Position numbers and translations under genes: made by a program. DNA of 30,513 nucleotides from a virus (Duplodnaviria; Caudoviricetes): positions 1 to 30,513 of the IMG/VR virus record IMGVR_UViG_3300044713_000276; one strand, 5' to 3'. The notes below the pieces were generated by a model. The model made no database searches. It was not told where the DNA came from and was given only the letters and a program-made list of their open reading frames with translations. Shown piece by piece: positions 9,180 through 20,800 of this stretch (the first letter of the stretch is position 1; every line of letters starts with the position of its first letter).

Positions 9180-12100
9180 ATGCCGACGAACCCCACAGTT
9201 GGACTTTCCGCGCTCACGATGGTAGCGCCCGCTATCCCAAGCGGTGCGCTCACCTTGTCGGTGGATTCGACGGTCCTGGCACTGACCATCAGCGCGGACC
9301 TGAATACTGTTGCGATCGATATTCTAATTGACACCCAGACGCTGACCCTTATTAATCCTACCGTCGTGAACGGCAAGAACCAGTTCACCGGCACGGCTTC
9401 TATCAGCGTGCAGTCCACCGGCCAAGTCTTCCAGTTGACGGGAATGAACTGGAACCCAAACAACGCAGAAGATCCCAACAACCCGGTTAACGAAGGTTCT
9501 CATCCCCTTATTACGCCAACCCTCCAGTATCAGCTTCTCTTCATGGAGACGGGTCTCGCAGTCACTATCCAGCCGCCTTCCGGCGTCACAATTTTCAAGG
9601 GTCAGAATTCGTGCGTCGTCCAATGGTCGGTGCCGCCATTCTCCGGCCTTCAGGGCGTGCGCGTACAGTGGTCCACCGATCCCACAGGCATTACAACGCC
9701 CTATACGCAGTTTGGCGATCTGGTGCTTGCAGTCAGCAGTTCAGCTAACTACCCGGTTGGAACACCTACAACGTCGATCGCTACGACATCGGGGACCGCT
9801 CCAGGCGGTCAGAGTATCAATACTATCGCCACGACGACGACCAGTGTCACAATGCCGGTCAACTTTTCCTCGGTCACGATACCCTTCTCTACGGTGAATG
9901 CGGACGAGTTTTACGTTATTCTCACCACGGTGATTCAGGACCCGACCACTAACGCAGTGTACGAGTCGATCGCCGCCGGGCCATTTACCTGCGGATTCGT
10001 AAACCTGAAATTGGTCTCTCCTACCGACTTCCTGGCTCTTCAGAAGTCATCCGACATCGCAAGCCGCTTGATCGCAAGCGTCACTCGCTCCGAGCCCCAG
10101 CTTGACTTGACGGCGATGAGTGAGATCCGGGATGTAGTCATCAACAACTTGGCTCTTGAGCTTGCCAATATGAGCGTGCGCGAATGGTTCTCTCGTTGCG
10201 CTCAGTCGATTTTCGCACTTGCCCAGATTGACGATCCGCAAGGTACCGGGACCTCCATTCCCGTAGCGAACTCGACGACCAAGCAACAGATTGCCCGGGC
10301 CTACGGTCTCAGTCAGACCGATGTTCAGACTTTCATTGGCTCGCGCTTCGACATCATCGGCAACAGCCAAGCCGGGCTGCCTCGCGGGGGTTCCACGACT
10401 TCGGTCGTGATGCTTACATTTTACGTCTACGCGAAACCAACGCAAACTATATCGATCCCCGTTAACTGCCTGGTTTCAACTACGCCGGATTCCACCACAG
10501 CGGCTGTGCAGTTTGAGACTACGGCGTCTGGTGTCATTGATCCATCGAATTCAAGCGCCTACTTTGACCCAGCCAACGGCTGGTGGTCCGTTACCGTCCC
10601 GGCGCAATGCACCCAACCCGGATCGGTGGGCGAGGTAGGTGCGGAGACCGTCAACCAGGTGATTTCAGGCGGTCCAAGCGGCGTCTCCGTGATCAATTTG
10701 AACGGAGCTTCCGGAGGCACCGATCAGCAGTCGAATTCAGCCTATGCGGCCATGATTGCCGACAAGCTGGTCGCTGGCGTCGATACCGGCTCCCGGAAAG
10801 GCTACACCGTATCCACGCTTGGAATCCCCGGCGTAACCGACTGCCTCGTTGTCGCGGCAGGTGACACGGATATGCTCCGCGATTGGTCAACGACCATTCA
10901 GAACCACACTTTCGGTTGCGTGGATATTTACACACGCGGCACCAGCATTTCCGAGCAGGATTCAAACCTTCCGTTCCAGTACCAGTCCACTTCAACCTAC
11001 GGCTCCTATTCGACATACATAGGAGCGACCTTGATCAACAACATCATGGCCCTGGCCTCCGCGCCCAGCCTGATCTTCAAGATCGCAAACTTTTCAAGCT
11101 TGCCGTTTCCCCTTTACGCAACGGTTGAATTCATTGCATCGAGCGTGGGGCGCACAATCTGGCTTGGCGTACAGCACGCGCAATTTGATAACACAAACGG
11201 CTATATTTTTCTCGACCCAACGGAACTCGCCTATCAGATCAACTCGGACGGATCGACTTCACCGACGCAGATAAACGGTGCCAACGCCACCAACCTCCAG
11301 GTCATCCAGGCGATCGCCGGGCAGACGTCGGTGGCCTTCGCGTTTATGGCTCGGTACGAGTCGGGCATCAACTATGTGCCAACGCTCCAACCGGTCCTCA
11401 ACGTGGATTCTGTCACCGGCCCCGTCACCGGCCTTATCTCTCCGAATAACGTCGAGCTTGTCTATACCGAAGACTTCCTGCTTACCGGGGGCTCCAACGC
11501 CGCCAATGACACCGTTGCCGTAGCTTCCGGACAGACCATTGCGACCAGCAAAACGGTCACTTTACAGTCCACTGCGGTGACGATCGACTCGAACATGAGT
11601 GTGGCGCTCAATGCAAACGGCCAGCCGCAGAACGTTTTATCGGTGCGTTCTACCGACACCTCGACGCTCTATACTTTCGGCATCGATTACAATATCGTGG
11701 CGACCGGCCCGTACCGTACCTACGGAATAGCGGTCCTCGCCGGTGGCGCGTTGTCTGCGGCCACTCAGGTCATCGTCGCGTATAACAAGTTCGTCCTCAA
11801 CGAGACTATCACTTTCCAGACCGACTCGCTCGCTCTGAGCGGAACTACGGAGACGCCGCTCTTGCATCCGGGTTTGATCGAGAACTCGTGGCTTCCCGCG
11901 AGCTACGGAAACACGACTCTCCTATTGGACGGTTGGAATGCCCAAGAAGCCGAGGAGACGGGCCTGGTGGGCGCGGGCGTCATTCCGGCTAACCGCTACA
12001 TCAAGGTCGCATACAACAACGGTGAATCCACGGTCATCGGTATCATCGGCCAGGATTTCACCCTCACCCTGGACGGCAGCGGCAATGCCACCATTGCGCG

Positions 12101-12947
12101 TGTATCGGGCGGCCAGCTTCCGGACGGCGCAGTGGTAACGGTGAACTATTTCACCAACGAAGTGTTCACCATCGCCACACAGTATCCGACCTACGTGCAG
12201 CAGGCGATCAACGTGATCGACGGGATGAAGCACGCCGCCGCTGACGTGCTGGTTAAGGCTATGGTAGCGAGCGACGTGGACATAACCATGGTGATCAATC
12301 TTACCAGCGCCGTTACACCCGACGCAGTAGACGGGCAAATTCGAACCGTCATCACCAACACGCTGAACAACGCGGACACGTCCATGGCGCAGTCCGTACT
12401 TTCGGCCAACGTCCAGGGCGTTCAGGGCGTAGCAAGCATTCAGTTCCCGCTGGTCAAGTGCGCCAAGTCAGACGGCTCCTATTCGATCGGTGAGGTCATC
12501 ACCACCGGTACCGTGTGGAACCGACTGACATCCGACACGAATTTTCAGTCGTTGACCCTACCAGCGAACTCGTGGATCACGGCTAACCCGGCGCTCCAGA
12601 ATCCGACCATCCCTTCCGGGGGAAAACCGAACGCTTATGTCGGCCTGCTCTATGAAGGACAGGGGTACACTCGCGCGAACTCGATTCAACAGTTCCTGAC
12701 CACTCCGGCACCTGCTTTTTACATCATCGGCTCAGGAGACCAGATTTCCTCGGCGCTTCCGCTCAATTCTACCTACGAAGGTAAGATTTTAGTCTCACTG
12801 CCGAGCGGAATTGCAAACCCAGGCTTGCTCGCGTTCCGGGTTACCTACCAGGTTTTCGGGGCTTCGACGGCCTCGGATATTTCGGTTTCTTCGACGGAAT
12901 ATTTGGCCCCCGGCCACATCAATATCCTCTACTCCAGCGGGACGTAA
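9180..12947 (+). CDS. Baseplate J-like (T4 gp6 / P2 gpJ-like) wedge protein with FN3-like N-terminal extension, 1255 aa
   Basis: MSEIRDVVIN, TVPAQCTQPGSVGEVGAETVNQ, VSVINLNGASGGTDQQSNSAY, GSRKGY...IPGVTDCLVV...GCVDIY are Baseplate_J hallmarks. C-terminal VDITMVI...VQGVQGVASI. PPSGV...VQWS FN3-like segment near 9570-9690. Confidence 0.88.
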   Translation: MPTNPTVGLSALTMVAPAIPSGALTLSVDSTVLALTISADLNTVAIDILIDTQTLTLINPTVVNGKNQFTGTASISVQSTGQVFQLTGMNWNPNNAEDPNNPVNEGSHPLITPTLQYQLLFMETGLAVTIQPPSGVTIFKGQNSCVVQWSVPPFSGLQGVRVQWSTDPTGITTPYTQFGDLVLAVSSSANYPVGTPTTSIATTSGTAPGGQSINTIATTTTSVTMPVNFSSVTIPFSTVNADEFYVILTTVIQDPTTNAVYESIAAGPFTCGFVNLKLVSPTDFLALQKSSDIASRLIASVTRSEPQLDLTAMSEIRDVVINNLALELANMSVREWFSRCAQSIFALAQIDDPQGTGTSIPVANSTTKQQIARAYGLSQTDVQTFIGSRFDIIGNSQAGLPRGGSTTSVVMLTFYVYAKPTQTISIPVNCLVSTTPDSTTAAVQFETTASGVIDPSNSSAYFDPANGWWSVTVPAQCTQPGSVGEVGAETVNQVISGGPSGVSVINLNGASGGTDQQSNSAYAAMIADKLVAGVDTGSRKGYTVSTLGIPGVTDCLVVAAGDTDMLRDWSTTIQNHTFGCVDIYTRGTSISEQDSNLPFQYQSTSTYGSYSTYIGATLINNIMALASAPSLIFKIANFSSLPFPLYATVEFIASSVGRTIWLGVQHAQFDNTNGYIFLDPTELAYQINSDGSTSPTQINGANATNLQVIQAIAGQTSVAFAFMARYESGINYVPTLQPVLNVDSVTGPVTGLISPNNVELVYTEDFLLTGGSNAANDTVAVASGQTIATSKTVTLQSTAVTIDSNMSVALNANGQPQNVLSVRSTDTSTLYTFGIDYNIVATGPYRTYGIAVLAGGALSAATQVIVAYNKFVLNETITFQTDSLALSGTTETPLLHPGLIENSWLPASYGNTTLLLDGWNAQEAEETGLVGAGVIPANRYIKVAYNNGESTVIGIIGQDFTLTLDGSGNATIARVSGGQLPDGAVVTVNYFTNEVFTIATQYPTYVQQAINVIDGMKHAAADVLVKAMVASDVDITMVINLTSAVTPDAVDGQIRTVITNTLNNADTSMAQSVLSANVQGVQGVASIQFPLVKCAKSDGSYSIGEVITTGTVWNRLTSDTNFQSLTLPANSWITANPALQNPTIPSGGKPNAYVGLLYEGQGYTRANSIQQFLTTPAPAFYIIGSGDQISSALPLNSTYEGKILVSLPSGIANPGLLAFRVTYQVFGASTASDISVSSTEYLAPGHINILYSSGT

Positions 12948-12950
12948 CAG

Positions 12951-13994
12951 ATGGGAACACCGACGATCGTACCCGATATTCTCTATCTCAAAACGCGGGA
13001 GGACCTGCTCCCCTACGAGGACTCGCGTTTCAATTCGCTCATGGCCGGTGTACCCGATTGTTACAGCCCGTTGACCGACTATTCGGTGTGGGGCTCGTTC
13101 GTGAGAGCGATCGCCAAGGAACTGGCCAGATTTGAGTACATGTACTCCTACGATCTCGTGACGGTCAATCCGCAATTTCTCACTCCTCCCGACATCAAGC
13201 GTCGCTGGGCAGGGCCTTTGTTTATCAACAAGAGCTTTCCCAACTCCACACAGAGTGACCAGGCGTACAAGGCTATGCTTGCCGCGCTCATCACGGCTTA
13301 TCAGCAAGGCACGACGGTGGCCTCAATCACCGACGTAATCGAGGCGTACACCGGACAGACCATCACGGTGGAGGAGCTTTATCGGGAGATAGGCAACGGT
13401 ACTGTAGCGGACTGGCAACGCAACACCCTGCGTGTCACCGTGCCTGGGGCAAACGCCAATCCATTGTCTGCCATCACGGCGGCGGCCTGGGTACAGACAA
13501 TCTCGCAGGATCTATACTCGGCGATCGACCTAGCAAAGCCCGCTCATGTCGGCCTCGATTATTCGGTATCTTTTAGCGATAGCGAGAGCTTGACTACGCT
13601 CATCGCCGAAATCACGGACCAATTCACTCCGACGTTCAACGATTCCGAGCCCTCACCTTTGCCAGCGGTATTCACGCAAGCTCCGATGCTCGATCCATCG
13701 TCCCCAAACACCGAACTGAGCGCGTGGGGCATCCTCGCCGGACTGTACTTCACACAAACCATTACGACAGCGCAATACAACGCCCTTATGAGCGCCGACT
13801 TCAAAGCCGAGTACGCACCCAATCAGAGCGGAGGCTACACTTTCATCGCGGCCAACTCAAAAGACGTGGTTTTGGTGGACTCGAACAACAATCCGACCGG
13901 GGCGATCTCGAAAGCGCAAGGCACGCTTGCTCCCCAACTCAACCTCTCCTGGGAGATCAAGGGCGACAGTCTGACGATCTTCGAACTCACCTGA
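12951..13994 (+). CDS. Baseplate wedge protein, P2 gpI / T4 gp7-like, 347 aa
   Basis: Follows the J-like gene. SDQAYKAML...YQQGTTVASITDVIEAYTGQTITVEEL and IDLAKPAHVG are typical of this family. Confidence 0.75.
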   Translation: MGTPTIVPDILYLKTREDLLPYEDSRFNSLMAGVPDCYSPLTDYSVWGSFVRAIAKELARFEYMYSYDLVTVNPQFLTPPDIKRRWAGPLFINKSFPNSTQSDQAYKAMLAALITAYQQGTTVASITDVIEAYTGQTITVEELYREIGNGTVADWQRNTLRVTVPGANANPLSAITAAAWVQTISQDLYSAIDLAKPAHVGLDYSVSFSDSESLTTLIAEITDQFTPTFNDSEPSPLPAVFTQAPMLDPSSPNTELSAWGILAGLYFTQTITTAQYNALMSADFKAEYAPNQSGGYTFIAANSKDVVLVDSNNNPTGAISKAQGTLAPQLNLSWEIKGDSLTIFELT

Positions 13995-14067
13995 TCTTCA
14001 CCGATTTTTCATCGAGCCGCCAGAAAGTTGTAGCTCGACATTCCCCTCCCCCAGGTTGAGGAACTAG

Positions 14068-14313
14068 ATGCGTACAAATAGATATGTATTAAATAGACTT
14101 AGCAGCTTCACAGGCGAGATCCGGATCGTCAACGACTCGGGTGCGGAGTTTCGTATAGCCAAAGAGTTCAGGCACATCATGCGCGATATTCTCCGTGAAG
14201 CGGGTAAAGACAAACCGGCGCTTTGTGACTTCGAGGTTCGCAAGGGAGTCGGTTACCTAATGCCTCGCGACGCGCCCCGGGCAGGCGATGCCCCCGTGCC
14301 TCCGACCCCATAA
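14068..14313 (+). CDS. Small hypothetical protein, 81 aa
   Basis: ATG preceded by GAGGA; fills the gap between the gpI-like gene and the polyvalent gene. No family recognised. Confidence 0.55.
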   Translation: MRTNRYVLNRLSSFTGEIRIVNDSGAEFRIAKEFRHIMRDILREAGKDKPALCDFEVRKGVGYLMPRDAPRAGDAPVPPTP

Positions 14314-14333
14314 TCTCCTGTTGCCTCCCTGGG

Positions 14334-14341
14334 CGGTATTA
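14334..14341 (+). promoter_or_regulatory. Recurring intergenic motif CGGTATTA (putative phage promoter -10-like element)
   Basis: Followed by 6 nt then ATG (14348). Same motif and spacing at 23695, 28655 and 30178. Confidence 0.55.
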
Positions 14342-14408
14342 CCTTTCATGGCTCCTATTGCAGGCGATCCAATTGAAAGGAATACTGCTTTCTTTTGTGG
14401 GGACAGGA

Positions 14409-14888
14409 ATGGCGATTGAGGTAAAACCACCACAAGAATGGCCAAGGGACAAATTCTCCATTTTCTTGGCAGGTGCTATCGATATGGGCGCGGCCAAGGC
14501 TTGGCAGAGCTATGTCGTGAAACACCTCTCGGCCTACGACGTGGTGATCCTCAATCCCAGGCGCGAGGACTGGGACTCGTCTTGGAAGCAAGAGGCGTCG
14601 AACCCGCAGTTCCGCGAGCAGGTCGCCTGGGAAAGTTTCGGACTGCGCGATGCCGACTTCAGGATATTCACTTTTCTCAACGATTCCGAAGCTCCAATTA
14701 CCCTCCTGGAGCTTGGCGAGCATATCACCGAGCCCGGCGCGGTTTGCTGTGAGCCCAAGTATTACCGCAAGGGCAACGTAGACATCACCGGTGCCACAAA
14801 CGGCATGCCGGTATTCGAATCCCTCAACAAGCTGATCGTGCATCTTCAGACGATTCTCGACGAGAAGGGGCTGCGGCTGAATCCGGGT
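14409..14888 (+). other. Domain 1: nucleoside 2-deoxyribosyltransferase-like (Nuc_deoxyri_tr2-type)
   Basis: SIFLAGAIDMG...WQ...ILNPRREDWDSSW...QVAWE...APITLLELG...YYRKGNVDI. Confidence 0.85.
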
Positions 14889-17800
14889 AAGACAGCAAGC
14901 CAAGAAATTGTGAAACGTAAACTCCTGACCACCGACTCCACTCTTTCGGAAGAGGCACAGCCTCAAATTGAGTACCAGCTTGGGGAGGGTGGGGACTCCG
15001 TATGGGTCTACACGTTTGAGGTGCCTGATGGTCGCCATCGTCGAGGACTCGGATCTCGTGCGTGGAAAGAATTCGAAGATAGTCTTCCTTCAAGTGTGCG
15101 AGAGATCGGCCTCATGGCCACTGATTATGGAGACGGCCCGTCAGATGGGTTCTGGCAAAAAATGGGTTTTGTTCGCGCCTATCCACAAAGCAAAGACTAT
15201 GAAAGACGTCAGGTCATGAGAAAGAGGCCGAAGCCGGGTAAGACGGCGACTCTGAAAAGTTCGCAGTATGCGCCAGTTCTCCGTAACGCTGGCGAGATCG
15301 CGACTTATATTGCCACCTACAGTTCCGACGAGGTGGATGAGGAGTTCATCGAGGAGGCGCTTCGCGACACCCACGCGGTCCTTCGGGAACTTCCGATCGA
15401 CTCGATTCGCGAGGGCGATCCAGACCATAACATCCCGAGCAAGGCAAAAGAGCGGCAGTACTCCAAGCTCAACCTCGATACCATGCCGCCCATTGTGGTG
15501 GACAACGGACAGATCGAAGACGGCAACCATCGTTACCGCGTTGCGAAAGCAGCCGGGCGAACCACAATCTGGGCCTACGTGGTGGAAGATGGTGAAGTCC
15601 AGAGCGACCGGAAGAGTATCAAGTCGGCTACCGGTAACAGCAGCAAGTTCTCGACTAAAAACCGGAGTATCACGGCAGCATTGGAAGACGACAGCATAAC
15701 CGGCACATCTGATTTCAAGCAGTGGTTCAAGCGTTCGAAGGTGGTGGACAGTGAAGGCAAGCCACTCTATGTCTGGCATGGCTCGAACGCACGGTTTGAC
15801 GAGTTCAAGCCGAATTTCGAGAATGATGGGTTTACTGCCTTCTTCACCGAGGACAAGGCGCTCGCGCAGAGCTACGGCGGCACGCTGTATCAGGCATACC
15901 TTTCGATCCAAAAACCGGCACCGGATCGGGCGGTCTTTGAAGCGGCACGAGAAGCGGGCCTGGACGAAGATTTCCTCCAGGACGAATATCCCGGCATTGT
16001 GTTAAACGCCGACGATGAGGTTGTAAACCTCTTGAAGGCCAAAGGGTACGACGGCTGGATCGGTATGGACTCAGCATCGACTGATGCGGGGGATATGGAA
16101 GAGGCGATGACCTACGTAGTGTTCTCGCCCGAGCAGATTCGCCGGATCACTTCCAAGACGGCAGCCGGGCAAACCGGTCTGATCGAGATCGACAAGGACT
16201 ACGGCGAGGTTCACGGCACGGTTGGTACTGGCCGCGAATTCCTTGAGCAATTCTTCGACGATTACGGTGTGCGGGACGACGAAGAGTCAACGCGGCTTCT
16301 CAATGACTTTGCCGATGCCGGGATCGCTCTCCTCAAAAACATCGATGTGAACGATGACCGGCGCGGGGAGGGGTTTGGCAACCGTCTGCTGAATCTGTTT
16401 CTGCGCGAAGCTGAGTCGAAAGGTGCTCAAGTTGCCTTCCTAATTGTGGACATTGTCGGAGACAACGAGTTCGACCTGACGACTTGGTACGCGCGTCACG
16501 GCTTTGTTCGTGAAACTGAGACCGAAGCGGGCGATCCCGTCATGGTGCTCGATCCAATCCGTCAGGTCAAGAGCCGGAAGGTCGCCGCATCAACGACGGA
16601 GTTTAAGCAGGGCCGCTTTCCGACGTTTCAGGAATTCTTGGAGAGCGAGGGAGGTCTCGACGCTCTGCTTTCCCAAGACGACTGGGAGACGATCGCAGAT
16701 CGATTTGACGAGCCAGCGTTTTTCAATGCCAGCCCGGAAGAGCAGAAACAGATGGTACGCGATCGCGCATTCGAAGACCAGTACCATTCTTACGAAAATG
16801 CGTTGGCCATACATGAGTCACATCAGTGGCCAATGCCAGTCTACCGCGAGATCAGTCTCGACGGCGGTATCGAATCGCTCCGTACAGCCGACACGGGGAT
16901 TTATTGGAGTTGGGATATTGCTGCCGCCGAAGCCCATTGGGGCAGTGGGCGAAATAACTTCCTCCTGAAGGGCTTGGTAGACCAGAGCGCGATTGATTGG
17001 CGCTTGACGATCTTGCACAACATGCAGATCAGCACCGGAGAAGACGAAAAAGAGATCACACTTCGTCACGGGGCCAAGATCAAGTTCGTCGGCTACAAGA
17101 AAGTCGAGGACTTGCGCCGGTTCCGGAAAGATGACGGGATGTGGACGCCTCTTCCAGCAGTAAAGTCTCTGAAGGCTTCACAGAAGAGCGCCACCGAAGC
17201 AAAGTGTGGCTCCTGTGGCTGCACCTGGGAGGAGCATCACCATCTTCCGGACTTCAGTTGCAAGAACGAGCCGGGCTGCGGATGTGTCGGATGGACTGAC
17301 AAGAAGTCGGCTGGCCTCAAGATCGCCACGAGTTTTGGGCCGCTTTACCACGGATCGCCGTTCAAATTCAAGATTTTCCGCACCAGGCGCGGTCAGCGCG
17401 AAGGGCAGCAGTACTCGCTCGGCGCTTACTTCACCGACAATCGTAAGGCTGCGGAGCGCTTCGCATGGGGACCTAACGGCAATGTACGCACCGTCGAAGT
17501 TGAATTGAACAAACCGCTCGACCTTCGTGAACTCGGTGAGGATTACACACGGATACCGGAGGCGCTGCCGTGGCTCACGTCGGCGGCCAAGCATGAGTGT
17601 CGTACCGTCTCATGCGCAGGCATCTACCGCAAGCTTGAAGAACTCGACAAGAAGTTCAACTTGGTTCCGCGCCTCAAGCGTCGCGGCTACGACGGCATCA
17701 TCTTCGACGGTAGCGACGAGGGCACCACCTATGTCGTCTTTTACCACAACCAGATCAAGGACCTGCCGGAGCAGGAGTCTGCGACCGCCGATAGTCCGGT

Positions 17801-20800
17801 GAAGGTGGCGGCATCGAATAAAGAGACGTCCCTGCGAACCGGTGTGCCCGTCACATGTTTCGGCTTCCACGGCACCGCATCCGAGTTCGAGCAATTCAAT
17901 ACATCCCTACTCGGTAGCGCATCTGAGACTTCGGACGCGAAAGAGGGCTTCTGGTTCTCGCAGAATCCCCTGCGCGCCGAGATGGCTGCATGGGATGCAT
18001 GTCAGGTCATAGAGGGATTTGACAAACAGCGGGATGGCGAACGTGCAACCGTTCTTGAGTGCGAACTTCGCATGGACAATCCATACGTGGACGCCAGGTC
18101 ATTGAAGACCCCGGGGGATTCGGCGCAGGCACTGAAGAGGGCAAAGGAGCGGGGATTCGACGGCGTCATCTTCACGAACGGAGAAATGGGCACAAACTTT
18201 GTGGTATGGAACCCGGCGCAAATAAAGATCGTCGATACCGTCCATCCCAGCAAGAAAGTCGGAGCCCACGGGGAACAGTATTTCGCTTGGCCCCATTTGG
18301 TATGGCAACAACCGATAGGAAAGCGGGCGGCCAGCTACGACGACCTGTTCCGGGCGCTCATCACTGCATGCCCGGCAATCCAGGGCAAGGTGAAGCAGGA
18401 AGTTGCCTGGGCGAAGCGCAGCTTGAAGAAGTCGAATCGCGTCATCTGGTGGTTGCGCTGGTATCGTATCGCGCTGGCGGACTGGCTGGTTTATCATTGG
18501 AATGCCACCGTCCCGATCGGCGATACGGAGGTGCCGGAAGACAATATAAAGCAGGTCCGGGATCTTGCCACGAAGTATTGGCAGGAGGGCGAAGCAAAGT
18601 CCGGCTCTAGCCGCCTATTTGGCGATCTTCGTCCACACTTCGATCCGGCAACCGATCCAGGGTGGGAGCATTTCCTATCCTTTTTTGAGCACGTCTATTC
18701 AATAGATTACGCGCCGATCCAGAACTTTGATCCGGGATTTAAGACGATCGGTGCTGTCTATAGCACATTGAACGGCTTTGACCGGGAATACGCCGAGCAG
18801 GCCAAGGGCACCCTCTCGCCTCAAGAAGAGGATTCGATCTTCCTCGATTGCGGCGGCGGTTGGGCATGGTGGCTGCTCCCACGTTCTTCTTGCGATGCGG
18901 AAGCCCGCGCCATGGGCCACTGCGGTAATTCGCCAGACTCCGACCGGACGGACATGTCGATCCTAAGTCTGCGTCAGGGGAAGACTGTCGGTAGTAAAGA
19001 GGTCTGGGAGCCCCATTTGACATTCATTCTGCATCGCCTCGGTGACGATGCCGATAGCGGCACCTTAGGCGAAATGAAAGGAAAAGGCAACGCGAAACCG
19101 GTACCACGATATTTCCCGTATATCGTGAAGCTCCTGCGCGATCCCCGGATCAAGGGAATCGATGGGGGTGGCTATAAGCCGGAGAACAACTTCTCCCCCA
19201 AGGACCTGTCACCTGAGCAGCTTAGGGAAGTTAAGGAAGTGAATCCCGATGCTTTGCTGTCGCTTAAGCAGTATTACCGTGAGAATGGTTTTGATGATGT
19301 CGTTGCGGCTCGCGTCGCGGCCAAGCTCGGCATCAAGAACGAGCATACCTACGACGGTTTCGTCGTGAACAGTTGGGAAAGCTACGACGCATTTCTTAAG
19401 GAATGTGGCGATCGCGAGGCCGAGGACCTCAATCTCTACCTTTCAACGGGCAACCTAGGGTTCTTCGCCGACTATGCTCTTGAAAATATTGACGAGGAGT
19501 CGCCACTTTGGACGGCGCTTGCCGGTCAACTCCTAGTGGAGTTCGGGAAACGCGTTTCTGCCAGGCACGGCATAAAGACCGGGGTATTTGAAGCCTTGAA
19601 GGAAATCCACGCAAATGAGGACTCCAAGCTCCGGCAGGTCCTTGAAGAAGGATTCGATGAGGCCCGCACTGCGACGTTGAGTGAGTCCGAGAAAAAATGG
19701 CGAGACGACAGTAGCCTTCAGGGGTTGATGTACACGGCGCTTGACAATGCGACGGAAGGCTCACCGACCACTTTTGAACACGGAAGGGGAGACAGATACC
19801 TTCAGGTCATTCCCGACGATTATGCTCTTGATTTGGCGCTAGGAAATCGTGAGGTCAGCATTGAAAAGCCGCATGTCTATGTGAGTTTCAATTTTTCTAT
19901 TGACGTGCTGGAAGCGTTCATCGAAAAGCACCTCGATCCCAGTGTCGCGCGTATTCACGCATTGGAGCAAGAGGGACAAGGCCGTCTGTTCAAGCGCCCA
20001 GACACCGACGAGGAAGCTCAGGAGAACGGCGTCCACGTTTCCAATTTGCTCCGAAAAGAGGCGGCATCCTATGAAGAGATGTTTAAGCCGCTGCTCGCGC
20101 TCGCGCCTGGCATGAAGGCGAAGGTCGATGAATCGATCAAGTGGGCGAAGCGTGTGTTGAAAAAGCAGAACCGCATTGTCTGGTGGCTGCGGTGGGTTCG
20201 CTTAGCTCTCATCGCGGCTGCGCTAAAAAATCCTGGTGCAAACGCAGATTCACTGAAAACGCTTGAGTCAAAGGTCCAGCGTGAAATGTCTGGTAAGGCC
20301 GACGTAGCCCACGCAATGACCTTTGGGTATCTCAAGACGCTTCAGCCGGACTTGTCACATCTCTATTCGTTGGACGTTTCCGACATTCAAGAAGCCGATC
20401 CGGGCTGGAAATATCCGGAGGCATTCGTCCTAGAACTGCGCGGCTACGAGAAGGCGTATATCGATGACGCTTCGGGCTCGCTCTCTCCGCAGTCCGACGA
20501 TGAGGTCTTCATCGACTTCGGCGACGGCTGGGCCTGGTGGTTACTGCCCCGCGCGTCCTGCTCCGATGAAGCGGAGGCGATGGGCCACTGCGGGAACTCA
20601 CCGGCAGGCCACCGCACCGATCGTAACATCCTCAGCCTGCGTCAGCAAAAGAACGTTGCAGGCCGCGAGAAGTGGGAACCGCACCTGACGTTCATCCTCC
20701 ACACCGATGGAAAGACCGCAGGTGTAGGCGCGCTTGGTGAGATGAAAGGAAAAGGCAACGATAAGCCGAAGCCCAAGTATTTCCCCTACATCATCCGTCT

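Noticed and set aside
1-13994. Interpretation as an extracellular contractile injection system or T6SS locus
   Set aside because: Polyvalent proteins, a capsid-like paralog, many small coupled phage-type ORFs and the absence of bacterial housekeeping genes fit a phage better. Flanking sequence would be needed to exclude it fully.
14012-14063. Hairpin TCGAGC/GCTCGA (14012-14038) and nearby TTCC/GGAA as a terminator
   Set aside because: Short stems with large loops and no U-tract; not enough support.
14358-14408. TTG start at 14358 for the giant ORF
   Set aside because: The NDT-like domain starts at ATG 14409, which has a purine-rich upstream sequence; the extra 17 codons look non-coding.
15264-15605. 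ParABS partition system
   Set aside because: Only the ParB/Srx N-terminal domain is present, embedded in the polyvalent protein, with no HTH, ParA gene or parS-like palindromes noticed.
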